32,000 bases of DNA, from contig JAGWBJ010000004.1 in NCBI GenBank assembly GCA_021295955.1, positions 1-32,000 on the forward strand, given 5' to 3'. The DNA is from Dehalococcoidia bacterium (GTDB lineage Bacteria; Chloroflexota; Dehalococcoidia; Lucifugimonadales; JAGWBF01). Of this stretch, positions 1 through 8,427 are shown piece by piece (the first letter of the stretch is position 1; each line of letters starts with the position of its first letter). A program made the position numbers and the translations under genes. A model generated the notes under the pieces. That model was not told the DNA's origin. It saw only the letters and a program-made list of their open reading frames with translations, and ran no database searches.

Positions 1-74
1 TCCCCGAAACCGAAGACCTTCTCAACGCCTTCCTCCCCTGGTCCCGGCTCTACCCCCCTCCGCGGTTCGCCTAG
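1..74 (+). CDS. 3' end of an upstream gene (partial; product not identifiable from 24 residues)
   Basis: The frame starting at nt 3 reads ...PETEDLLNAFLPWSRLYPPPRFA, then TAG at 72-74. Third positions are GC-rich like neighbouring genes. Truncated by the window edge. Confidence 0.3.
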   Translation, partial: PETEDLLNAFLPWSRLYPPPRFA

Positions 75-106
75 GCGGGCGCTTCCCTCGTGCCCGCCCC
101 CTTTCG

Positions 107-136
107 TTGACAAAGGCGGGCCCAGAAGTCAATAAT
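107..136 (+). promoter_or_regulatory. Candidate sigma70-type promoter for the corrinoid operon
   Basis: TTGACA at 107-112, an 18-nt spacer, then AATAAT at 131-136. It sits about 35 nt upstream of the ATG at 172. A GGCGGGC/GCCCGCC hairpin (74-98) lies just upstream. Confidence 0.35.
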
Positions 137-171
137 TGTAGCCGGACCTTGCCTGGGAGGGGCATCCCTGC

Positions 172-933
172 ATGCCTATAGTAAACGACGGCCTGAAGGC
201 CGAGCTGGAGTACGTCACCCGCCCCCACGAGCTGGAGAGGCTCCAGCGGGCCTTCGCCGCCGCCGACCCCCTGATGCAGGCCATGGCCCACGCCCTCATC
301 GGCGGCGACCAGCACACCGTCGGCCGGATGACCCGGCAGGCGCTGGACGAGGGGTTCTCCGCCAACACCGTCCTCGACGACGGCCTCGTCTCCGGCATGG
401 CGGTGGTGGGCGTCAAGTTCCGCGACAACATCATCTTCGTCCCCGAGGTGCTGGTGGCCGCCCGGGCCATGAAGGCCGGGATGGCCCACCTGGAGCCTAT
501 CCTCTCCGCCTCGGGCATCGAGCCCCTGGGCACCGTCATCATGGGGACGGTCAAGGGCGACCTCCACGACATAGGCAAGAACCTGTGCATCATGATGCTC
601 CGGGGCGCTGGGTTCACCGTCCACGACCTGGGCGTGGACACCAAGCCCCAGGAGTTCATCGACGCCGTCTACGAGCACGACGCCCGCGTCGTGGGGATGT
701 CGGCGCTGCTCACCACCACCATGCCCAACATGGGCCGCACCATCCAGGCCTTCGAGGACGAGGGCCTGCGCGACTCGGTGCGCATGATGGTCGGCGGCGC
801 ACCCGTGACCCAGGAGTTCGCCGACGACATGGGCGCCGACGGCTACGGCAAGGACGCCATCGCCTGCGTGGAGAAGGCCAAGGAGCTCCTGGGCATCGAG
901 GAGCCGGCCCCCGAGCCCGTGGAGTCGAGGTAG
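172..933 (+). CDS. Corrinoid (cobalamin)-binding protein of a methyltransferase system (MtbC/MttC/MtgC-like)
   Basis: B12-binding DxHxxG motif (GDLHDIGKN) followed by GMSALLTTT and VGGAPV elements, with an N-terminal helical cap domain. SD GGGAGGGG lies 9 nt before the ATG. Strong GC3 bias. Confidence 0.85.
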   Translation: MPIVNDGLKAELEYVTRPHELERLQRAFAAADPLMQAMAHALIGGDQHTVGRMTRQALDEGFSANTVLDDGLVSGMAVVGVKFRDNIIFVPEVLVAARAMKAGMAHLEPILSASGIEPLGTVIMGTVKGDLHDIGKNLCIMMLRGAGFTVHDLGVDTKPQEFIDAVYEHDARVVGMSALLTTTMPNMGRTIQAFEDEGLRDSVRMMVGGAPVTQEFADDMGADGYGKDAIACVEKAKELLGIEEPAPEPVESR

Positions 934-937
934 AGGG

Positions 938-1186
938 TTGCCGCCGCAGGAGGGCGTGGACCGGGAAGCGCTGAAGGCCAGCCTCTCCCGTCTGTGGGAT
1001 ATCTACAAGGACATGGGCGACGTCGCCGCCCGGGTGTCCGCCTGGCGTTGCCCCTACAAGGACCGGCTGGACCGCTGTACCGCCGGGTTCGGCTGCCGCA
1101 ACCAGCTCCACACCGGCGTGCCCGGGGAGCTCCCCAAGTGCACCGGCAGCGACGACCTGGACTACCGCGGCGCGTGGGAAGTCTAG
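938..1186 (+). CDS. Small Cys-rich hypothetical protein (82 aa) between the corrinoid protein and its activase
   Basis: TTG start 4 nt after the corrinoid-protein stop. Very high GC3, typical of real genes here. Cys pattern C-x8-C-x5-C-x14-C (WRCPYKDRLDRCTAGFGCRNQ...PKCTG). No family recognised. Confidence 0.5.
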   Translation: MPPQEGVDREALKASLSRLWDIYKDMGDVAARVSAWRCPYKDRLDRCTAGFGCRNQLHTGVPGELPKCTGSDDLDYRGAWEV

Positions 1187-1332
1187 TCCGGCCCAACGGC
1201 CCACGCTGCCGCCGCATCCCTCCCGTGCCGGCCCCGGGGTGAGCCCTGCCGCCCCTCTCCTATAGCGGGCGCGAGCTGCCCCTCCGCCGGGGACGCACCC
1301 TCTTCGACCACGCCGACGCCCTGCGTCTGCGG

Positions 1333-2877
1333 GTGCCCACCTCCTGCGGACGCAACGGCGAGTGCCACGAGTGCGTCGTCGAGGTCCGCCGGGGCATGAG
1401 CTCCCTCACCCCCGCCACCGGCGCCGAGAGCTTCCTCCGCGGCGGCTACCGCCTGGCCTGCCAGGCGACGGTGCTGGACCCCGAGGCGGACGTCGAGTTC
1501 GCCCTGCTCCGTCGCCAGCCCAAGATACTCACCAGCTCCCTGGGCCGCCATGCGGACCCGGAGCCCGAGACGGTGCGCCGGGGAGACCGAGTGTACCGGG
1601 GGGACCGGCCCATCGACGACTACCGCGGGCGGATATGCGGCCTGGCCGTCGACGTGGGCACCACCACGGTGGTGTTCAACCTGGTGGACCTGGAAACGGG
1701 CCGCGTCCTCTACACGGGCTCCTTCGAGAACCCCCAGAGGTTCGGCGGCAGCGACGTTATGCACCGCATCTCCTACGACGGGGGAGACGACCGGGGGGAG
1801 CTGCGGAAGGCCATCATCTCGTCCCTCAATTTCGAGATACGCGACATGGCCCGCCGGGTCAAGGTCCGGAGGCGGCTCATATACGAGGCCGTCGTCGTGG
1901 GCAACTCCACCATGCGCGACCTCTTCTTCGGCATGGACGTCCAGACCATCGGCGAGAAGCCCTACAAGTCCGTCACCGAGCTGGACGTGGACTGCGGCCG
2001 TCGCCGGTCCACGGTCCTGTGCGCCGCGGCGCGGGACCTGGGCCTCCAGCTCTTCCCCGGCGCACGGGTGTACGGGGGCCCGCTGGTGGGCTGCCACGTG
2101 GGAGCCGACGTCGCCGCCGGCATGCTTGCCCTGGGGATGGACCGGGAGGAGGACGTGGTCATGCTGGTGGACGTGGGCACCAACACGGAGGTCGTGGTGG
2201 GCAACCGGCACAGGCTCATGGCCGCGTCGTGTCCCGCGGGCCCCGCCTTCGAGGGGGGGCACGTCACCTACGGCATGCCCGGTTACGACGGGGCGGTGGA
2301 GGCGGTGTGGATCGACGGAGACCGGCCCCACTACAGGACCATCGGCGGGGGGGAGCCCCGGGGCATCTGCGGGTCCGGGCTCATAGACCTGCTGGCGGAG
2401 CTGCGGCGCACCGGGCTCATGACCGAGCTGGGCGTCTACCCCGGCGGCGCCACCCACTTCAGCTTCGCGCCCGAGATGGGCATGTCCCTGTCCAGGGCCG
2501 ACGTCAGCGCCCTCGCCCAGGCCAAGGCCGCCAACTACTGCGGCCAGCTCATCGTCCTCCGCCGGTACGGGATGCCCTTGCAGCGCATCAGGACCCTGTA
2601 CCTGGCCGGGGGATTCGCCAACTACGTGAACGCCCGGAACGCCGCCGCCATCGGGTTCATCGCCGACTTTCCCCCCGAGAAGATCGTCAAAGCCGGCAAC
2701 ACGGCCCTGGAAGGCGCTACCATGATGCTGGTCTCTGGAGGGATGCGCCGCCGGGCCGAAGAGCTGGCCTCCCGGGTCGAGCACGTCGAGCTGGAGGTCA
2801 CCGAGGACTTCTTCGACCTCTTCGTCGAAGGATGCATGTTCAAGCCCATGCCCGCGGCCCTGGACGCCGCCCGCTAG
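1333..2877 (+). CDS. Corrinoid reductive activase (RACo/RamA-like): [2Fe-2S] ferredoxin domain plus ASKHA/DUF4445 ATPase
   Basis: Plant-type ferredoxin Cys cluster SCGRNGECHEC...LACQ, followed by ASKHA motifs (GLAVDVGTTTVV, MLVDVGTNTEVV, GICGSG). The homologous region continues upstream of the GTG at 1333 back to the stop at 1240-1242, so the true start is uncertain (see findings). Confidence 0.8.
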   Translation: MPTSCGRNGECHECVVEVRRGMSSLTPATGAESFLRGGYRLACQATVLDPEADVEFALLRRQPKILTSSLGRHADPEPETVRRGDRVYRGDRPIDDYRGRICGLAVDVGTTTVVFNLVDLETGRVLYTGSFENPQRFGGSDVMHRISYDGGDDRGELRKAIISSLNFEIRDMARRVKVRRRLIYEAVVVGNSTMRDLFFGMDVQTIGEKPYKSVTELDVDCGRRRSTVLCAAARDLGLQLFPGARVYGGPLVGCHVGADVAAGMLALGMDREEDVVMLVDVGTNTEVVVGNRHRLMAASCPAGPAFEGGHVTYGMPGYDGAVEAVWIDGDRPHYRTIGGGEPRGICGSGLIDLLAELRRTGLMTELGVYPGGATHFSFAPEMGMSLSRADVSALAQAKAANYCGQLIVLRRYGMPLQRIRTLYLAGGFANYVNARNAAAIGFIADFPPEKIVKAGNTALEGATMMLVSGGMRRRAEELASRVEHVELEVTEDFFDLFVEGCMFKPMPAALDAAR

Positions 2878-2888
2878 AGGAGGGACCC

Positions 2889-4901
2889 ATGACCCGACCC
2901 ATATCCCCCGACCTGGTGTACCACCTTGTGACCGTCGCGGAGCCCTGCATCTCGCCCGACGGAAGACGCGTCGCCTTCGTACGGTCCTCGGTGGATAGGA
3001 AGTCGATGGAGACCCGCTCCCGGGTCATGATGATGGACATCCCTCAAGGAAGCGCGTCCCCAGAGGATGCCGTGCCCTTCACCCGGGGCCCAAAGGACAC
3101 CGCCCCCCGCTTCTCCCCCGACGGGTGCTCCCTGGCATTCCTCAGGCCCGACGAGGGGGGCAAGGCCCAGGTGTGGCTGATGTCCCTTTCGGGGGGCGAG
3201 CCCCGCCGCCTTACGGAGATGCCCTGCGGGGTCAGGTCGTACGCCTGGTCCCCCGACTCTCTCCGGCTGGCTCTGGTGTCCGACGACGACCCGGACCGGG
3301 TCCCGGAGGGCCGCGACGCGGCGGCGGACCCCCGGGTGACGGTGGTCCGGCGGGTCCGGTACCGGTCCGACACCCTGGGGTGGAGGGGCGATGCCCACAG
3401 CCACATCTTCACCATCGACGCCGCCGGCGGGCAGGCCACCCGGATCACCCAGGGGGACTGGGATGACCATGGTCCGGTCTGGTCCCCCGACGGCTCCACG
3501 ATCGCCTTCATCTCCAACCGCCGGGACGACCGGGACTTCGTGCCTTACACCGAGGCCTACACGGTGCCCTCGGGCGGCGGAGAGGCGGTGCTGCTGTCCG
3601 GGGACCTTCCAAGCGTGGCCGGGATCACCTGGTCGCCGGCGGGCGACCGGGTCGCCTTGGTGGCCTCGGACGACCCGGCGGTGGAGGCGGGCTGGCAGGG
3701 ATGGGTCTTCGTGATCGATCCCGACGGTGCATGTAGGCGCCTGACCGACGACCGGATAAAGCCCGTGGCCGGCTTCGCGCCGGTGACCTCGGCGGCGGAG
3801 CTGGCCTGGAAGGACGACGGGCGCATCCTCTTCATCGCAGACTCCCGGGGCGAGTCCCACGTGTGCCAGGTCGGCCCCTCGGGCGGCTACGTCCGCCGCA
3901 TCTGGGGCGGCGGCCTCCAGCTCGCCTCGGTGGCCTGGGACCTCCGGGGCAGCTCCGCGGTCGTGGCGGCGGCGTCGCCGGCCTCCTCGGGCGACCTGCA
4001 TCTGGTGGACCTCCAAGCGGGCTCGTCCCGGCGCATAACCGGCTACAACGACGGCTACCACCAGGAGCGGCCGACGGCGCGCCTGGAGAAGCTGGTTCAC
4101 TCCCGAGCCGGAGTGGAGATAGAGAGCCGCCTGCTTCTGCCGCCCGACCACGACCGGGCCCGCCGCTATCCCCTGGTGGTGGACATTCACGGAGGCCCTC
4201 ACGGGTCCTTCTACGACGCCTTCAACCCCGTGCAGCAGGTGCTGTCTACGGCGGGATACGCGGTGCTGTGCGTCAACCCCAGGGGCTCCTCCACCTACGG
4301 CGCCGACTTCCTTAAGGCCGTCCTTGGCGATTGGGGAGGCGAGGACTACCTGGACATCATCAGTGCGGTGGAGGAGGCGTGCGCCCGCCCGGACATCGAC
4401 CCGGCGCGGCTGGGCCTCCACGGGTACAGCTACGGAGGGTACATGAGTAGCTGGACCGTGGGCCACGACAACCGCTTCGGCGCCGCGGTGGTGGGCGCCC
4501 CGTGCATCGACCTGACCAGCATGTACGGCACTTCGGACATCGGAGTCAGCTTCGGAGAGCGCCAGTGGGGCGGCAGGATGGTGGATGCGGAGGCGGCCAT
4601 GCGGCAGCGCTCCCCCCTGACCTACGCCGCCCACGTCGAGACGCCGGTGCTGCTGCTCCACGGCGAGGAGGACCGGCGCTGCCCCATCGAGCAGAGCGAG
4701 CAGTATTTCGTGGCCCTGAAGCGCCTGGGCAAGGTGGTCGAGCTCGTCCGGTTCCCCGGCGCATCCCACGGGCTGCTGCGCACGGGACATCCGAGGCTGA
4801 GGGAGGAGTACCTCATCCGGACGCTGGCGTGGTTCGACCGGCACCTGGCGTCCCCGCCCCGTCGGGAGTCTGCGGGAGAGGCCCGGCCGCAAGGGGATTA
4901 G
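2889..4901 (+). CDS. S9 family serine peptidase (acylaminoacyl-peptidase/prolyl oligopeptidase type) with N-terminal beta-propeller
   Basis: Repeated SPDG propeller motifs (ISPDGRRVAF, FSPDGCSLAF, WSPDSLRLAL, WSPDGSTIAF). C-terminal alpha/beta hydrolase with the nucleophile elbow GYSYGG and the ASHGL His region. SD GAGGAGGG precedes the ATG at 2889. The 1362-2888 part of the listed ORF is an out-of-frame shadow of the previous gene. Confidence 0.85.
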   Translation: MTRPISPDLVYHLVTVAEPCISPDGRRVAFVRSSVDRKSMETRSRVMMMDIPQGSASPEDAVPFTRGPKDTAPRFSPDGCSLAFLRPDEGGKAQVWLMSLSGGEPRRLTEMPCGVRSYAWSPDSLRLALVSDDDPDRVPEGRDAAADPRVTVVRRVRYRSDTLGWRGDAHSHIFTIDAAGGQATRITQGDWDDHGPVWSPDGSTIAFISNRRDDRDFVPYTEAYTVPSGGGEAVLLSGDLPSVAGITWSPAGDRVALVASDDPAVEAGWQGWVFVIDPDGACRRLTDDRIKPVAGFAPVTSAAELAWKDDGRILFIADSRGESHVCQVGPSGGYVRRIWGGGLQLASVAWDLRGSSAVVAAASPASSGDLHLVDLQAGSSRRITGYNDGYHQERPTARLEKLVHSRAGVEIESRLLLPPDHDRARRYPLVVDIHGGPHGSFYDAFNPVQQVLSTAGYAVLCVNPRGSSTYGADFLKAVLGDWGGEDYLDIISAVEEACARPDIDPARLGLHGYSYGGYMSSWTVGHDNRFGAAVVGAPCIDLTSMYGTSDIGVSFGERQWGGRMVDAEAAMRQRSPLTYAAHVETPVLLLHGEEDRRCPIEQSEQYFVALKRLGKVVELVRFPGASHGLLRTGHPRLREEYLIRTLAWFDRHLASPPRRESAGEARPQGD

Positions 4902-4916
4902 GCCGCCCGAGGACCC

Positions 4917-5678
4917 CTAACCGTGTACCACCGTTGCTGAGCGGTCCTGGAAGACGACGCATCTCGTCAGCCACTTGGTAAACCAGAGCCATGCCCAGGG
5001 GATCGTAACGATGGGCAGGCTGGCCAGTATCATCGCGATGCCTCGCCACAGGAACCCCAGACCGTTGCCTACGAACACCCCTTGCCTGGGGCCGATGTTC
5101 AGGTTCTGGCATATCCACCCCATGAGGCGCGACAGGACCCATGCCCAACCTATGATGGTGAAGATGGAGAGTACCAGCAGTACGGAGAGCCCGAGGAGAG
5201 GCCAGTACGTGCCCGTGAACTCCGTGCGCTCCCCGCTGCTCAGCCTCGAGTGCTGTGCGAACCAGCGCAGGACGACCAGGTTGACCCACGGATCGATGAA
5301 TATGGAGACCAGGACCAGGACCGGATAGAGCCTTCCCAGGATGCTCACTATGCCCTGAACGACGAAATACCACCAGATCTGACCGCCGGTCCCCTCGAAC
5401 CAGGCTTGGGTGCCGTCGCTGAACCACACGTTCCTTACGTACCACCGGCTCAGCGAGGCGACGCCCCAGCCGGTGGGAACGATCACCAGCGAGAGCAGGA
5501 TCAGCCAGGTGACCCAAACGTACGCTTGGGACGTGGTGCCCATGAACTGGAGGGTGACTCGCCCATCCCCAGGGGTTGCGGTCACGCCGGTCCCGCAGTT
5601 GCCGCAGAAGAAGGCGCCCGGCTCCAGCGTCTCGCCACACCTGGTACAGGGTCCGGGGATGTTCTCGGCGCCGGCCAT
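4917..5678 (-). CDS. Zinc-ribbon plus DUF898 (YjgN-like) multi-pass membrane protein
   Basis: N-terminal CxxC...CxxC (CTRCGETLEPGAFFCGNCG) followed by Trp-rich hydrophobic helices with a DUF898-like layout. It starts 10 nt downstream of the dehydrogenase stop on the same strand. Confidence 0.6.
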   Translation of the reverse strand: MAGAENIPGPCTRCGETLEPGAFFCGNCGTGVTATPGDGRVTLQFMGTTSQAYVWVTWLILLSLVIVPTGWGVASLSRWYVRNVWFSDGTQAWFEGTGGQIWWYFVVQGIVSILGRLYPVLVLVSIFIDPWVNLVVLRWFAQHSRLSSGERTEFTGTYWPLLGLSVLLVLSIFTIIGWAWVLSRLMGWICQNLNIGPRQGVFVGNGLGFLWRGIAMILASLPIVTIPWAWLWFTKWLTRCVVFQDRSATVVHG

Positions 5679-5688
5679 CAGGTCCTCG

Positions 5689-6699
5689 CTATCGCAGGCT
5701 GGTGCGGTTGTTGGCCTGGCTCAGGACTTGCGGGTTGACGGTGTTGTCGGGCATGCGTCCCGTCAGGACCCGGGCCACCTCCTGGGTGGCCCGTACCTGG
5801 AGCTCTCTCACCGAGTCCCGGGAGAAGAACGCCACGTGGGGCGTGACGATCACGTTGTCCAGGCCCAGCAGGGGGTGGTCCGGGGGAGGGGGGACCTCCA
5901 CGAGGAGGTCCAGGCCGGCGCCCGCTATGCGCTTCTCCCTCAGGGCCTGATGGAGGGCCTCCTCGTCGATCAGGGCCCCTCGGGCCACGTTGATGAGGAA
6001 CGCCGACGGCTTCATCCTGTCCAGGGCGTCCTTGTCGATGAGGTTTCGGGTCTCGGGGGTCAGGGGCGTGTGGACCGAGACGAAGTCCGACTCCGCCAGC
6101 AGCGTATTCGTGTCCACCAGGCGTGCGCCGGCGGCTTCCGCGTCCTCCGCCGAGACGAAGGGGTCCGCGCCCATCACCTCCATGCCGAAGGCGCCCGCCT
6201 TTCGCGACAGGGCCTTCCCTATCCTGCCCAGGCCGATGATGCCCATCGTCCTTCCCCTGAGCCGCCGGATGGGCATGGTCAGCTCGACGTGCCAGCGGCC
6301 CGCCTTCACCGACGAGTCGAAGAGGTTGATGCGGCGGTTCCAGGCCAGCAGCAGCGCCAGGGCGTGGTCCGAGACCTCGTCCACACAGTAGTCGGGCACC
6401 CACGTGACCAGTATGCCCAGGCGGGTTGCAGTGTCCACTGCGATGTTGTCTACCCCGACCCCGTAGCGGCCTATGACCACACACCGTTTGGCGGCCTCCA
6501 CGACCTTGGGCGTAACCTGGGCAAAGCAGGTGAGGATGCCGTCGACGTCCTCGGCCAGGGCGGCCAGGGTCTCCTCCCTGCCGTCCGGGGCCACCACCAG
6601 CTCTCCTCCTATGGCGGCCATCACCTCCCGCTCGGGGTCTACGGAGGGCCATACGTAGTCGGTGACGAGGACTCGGAACCCGCTGCCTGCTGGGGCCAT
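5689..6699 (-). CDS. D-isomer-specific 2-hydroxyacid dehydrogenase (NAD-binding, PGDH/CtBP-like)
   Basis: GIIGLGRIGKAL Rossmann motif. Family motifs LLAESDFVSVHTPLTPETRNLI, LINVARGALIDEEAL, GAGLDL and TPHVAF. Confidence 0.85.
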   Translation of the reverse strand: MAPAGSGFRVLVTDYVWPSVDPEREVMAAIGGELVVAPDGREETLAALAEDVDGILTCFAQVTPKVVEAAKRCVVIGRYGVGVDNIAVDTATRLGILVTWVPDYCVDEVSDHALALLLAWNRRINLFDSSVKAGRWHVELTMPIRRLRGRTMGIIGLGRIGKALSRKAGAFGMEVMGADPFVSAEDAEAAGARLVDTNTLLAESDFVSVHTPLTPETRNLIDKDALDRMKPSAFLINVARGALIDEEALHQALREKRIAGAGLDLLVEVPPPPDHPLLGLDNVIVTPHVAFFSRDSVRELQVRATQEVARVLTGRMPDNTVNPQVLSQANNRTSLR

Positions 6700-6781
6700 A
6701 GCCTTCTCCTTTGGGGCCGGCGGGCACCTGCAACGCTCCTCCGGCTGGGAGGTGGCACCATTATAGTCGCGCCCGTGTGGC

Positions 6782-6810
6782 TTGAACAGCCTGACGGCCA
6801 GCGTTATAAT
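6782..6810 (+). promoter_or_regulatory. Candidate promoter for lpdA
   Basis: TTGAAC (6782-6787), a 17-nt spacer, and a perfect TATAAT (6805-6810). Predicts a 5' leader of about 115 nt. Confidence 0.5.
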
Positions 6811-6859
6811 GTGTGCCTCAATGGGAGCCGGTTGGGCGGAGTAGGTGAGACCGCCGGCG

Positions 6860-6923
6860 CAGCGTACCGGCGGCCCAGCGTACTAGCAGCCCAAGGTTCT
6901 AGCGGCTCAGCGTTCTAGCGGAA
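6860..6923 (+). repeat. Four imperfect 16-nt tandem repeats (consensus CAGCGTWCTAGCGGCC) in the lpdA leader
   Basis: The four units are CAGCGTACCGGCGGCC, CAGCGTACTAGCAGCC, CAAGGTTCTAGCGGCT and CAGCGTTCTAGCGGAA. They are head to tail, and the last unit runs into the SD (GGAAGGTGGGG) of lpdA. Confidence 0.8.
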
Positions 6924-6930
6924 GGTGGGG

Positions 6931-8316
6931 ATGGCCGAAGAGTATGACGTAGCCGTCATAGGGGCGGGGCCGGGCGGCTACGTTGCGGCCATCAGGGCGG
7001 CCCAGTTGGGGTTGCGCACCGCCGTCGTCGAGCGGGAGGAGTTGGGCGGCGTCTGCCTGAACTGGGGATGCATCCCCAGCAAAGCCCTCCTCAGGAACGC
7101 CGAGGTCCTCTCCATCATCCACCGGGCCGGCGAGTTCGGCTTCGAGTTCGACAACCTGCGGGTGGACTACTCCAAAGCGGTGGACCGCAGCCGCTCGGTG
7201 GTGGACCGCAACACCAAGGGGATCGCCTACCTGCTCCGCAAGAACAAGATCGACCATATCAGGGGCGAGGCATCCCTGAGAGATGGTCAAACCTTGGAGG
7301 TCTCCCCTGACGGCAGGGTCCTCAAGGCGAAGAACGTTGTCCTCGCCACCGGGGCCCGGCCCCGCAGCATCCCATCCCTTCCCATCGATGGCGAGGTGGT
7401 GATGACCAGCCGCCACGCCCTGGCCCTGCGGCATCTCCCGGAATCGGTGGTGATTGTCGGCGCGGGGGCCACGGGGATGGAGTTCGCGTACCTGTACAAC
7501 GCCTATGGCGTGAAGGTCACCGTGGTGGAGGTGCTGCCTCGAACCGTTCCCAACGAGGACGAGGAGATCAGCAGGGCCCTGGAGCGGGCCCTGTCGCGAG
7601 AGGGAGTCACCTTCAACACTGGGTCCAGGGTCACCCAGCTCACCCACGCCAACGGGGGCGTCCGTCTTTCCGTGGAGTCCGATGGCAGGGCCGCAGAGTT
7701 AGACTGCGACAAGGTGCTGGTGGCCATCGGCGTCCAGCCCAACGTGGAGGACATGGGCCTGGAGCGGTTGGGTGTAGCCATGGACCGGGGCATGGTGCAG
7801 GTCGACGACGGAATGGCCACGAACGTACCGGGTATCTACGCCATAGGGGACGTCACCGGCAAGCTGCCGCTGGCCCACGTCGCCTCCGCCCAGGGGGTCG
7901 CCGCCGTGGAGACCATCGCCGGGGTCGAGACCCAACCACTGGACTACGTGAACATGCCCCGGGCCACCTACTGTGTTCCCCAGGTGGCCAGCTTCGGGCT
8001 CACCGAGCGGCAGGCCCGGGACCAGGGCTACGACGTGAAGGTGGGCAAGTTCCATTTCCAGGCCAGCGGAAAGGCCGCCGCCATCGGGGAGACCGCCGGG
8101 CTGGTCAAGCTGGTGGTAGAGGAGAAGTACGGCGAGGTTCTTGGGGCGCACATGGTCGGGCCCGAGGTGACCGAGATGCTGGCCGGGCTCTCCATCGCCC
8201 GCCTTCTCGAGGGGACCACCCTCGAGCTGGGATGGATGGTCTACTCCCATCCCAGCCTCTCCGAAGCGATCAAGGAGGCGGCGCTGGCCGCCGAGGGAAG
8301 GGCGGTACACAGCTGA
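6931..8316 (+). CDS. lpdA: Dihydrolipoyl dehydrogenase (E3)
   Basis: FAD motif VIGAGPGGY, redox-active disulfide GGVCLNWGCIPSK, NAD motif VVIVGAGATGMEFA, and C-terminal HPSLSE interface motif. ATG at 6931 is preferred over the GTG at 6925. Confidence 0.9.
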   Translation: MAEEYDVAVIGAGPGGYVAAIRAAQLGLRTAVVEREELGGVCLNWGCIPSKALLRNAEVLSIIHRAGEFGFEFDNLRVDYSKAVDRSRSVVDRNTKGIAYLLRKNKIDHIRGEASLRDGQTLEVSPDGRVLKAKNVVLATGARPRSIPSLPIDGEVVMTSRHALALRHLPESVVIVGAGATGMEFAYLYNAYGVKVTVVEVLPRTVPNEDEEISRALERALSREGVTFNTGSRVTQLTHANGGVRLSVESDGRAAELDCDKVLVAIGVQPNVEDMGLERLGVAMDRGMVQVDDGMATNVPGIYAIGDVTGKLPLAHVASAQGVAAVETIAGVETQPLDYVNMPRATYCVPQVASFGLTERQARDQGYDVKVGKFHFQASGKAAAIGETAGLVKLVVEEKYGEVLGAHMVGPEVTEMLAGLSIARLLEGTTLELGWMVYSHPSLSEAIKEAALAAEGRAVHS

Positions 8317-8427
8317 CGGGACGGGCCATCTGTAGTTTCTCGTCACTATCCTGTACAATAACGGGAGCCGACGGCCCCTGGGCCGAGGGCTTGCTGACCT
8401 GATCGACCTCTAAGGAGGGGTGGCCAC

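Noticed and set aside
1184-1242. Stop-codon recoding: pyrrolysine at TAG 1184-1186 (joining the small ORF to downstream sequence), or selenocysteine at TGA 1240-1242 (extending the activase upstream)
   Set aside because: The read-through products are low-complexity, and the sequence overlaps better-supported frames. The frame upstream of TGA 1240 (ORF 994-1242) is a shadow of the small Cys-rich ORF. No SECIS-like or PYLIS-like element is evident.
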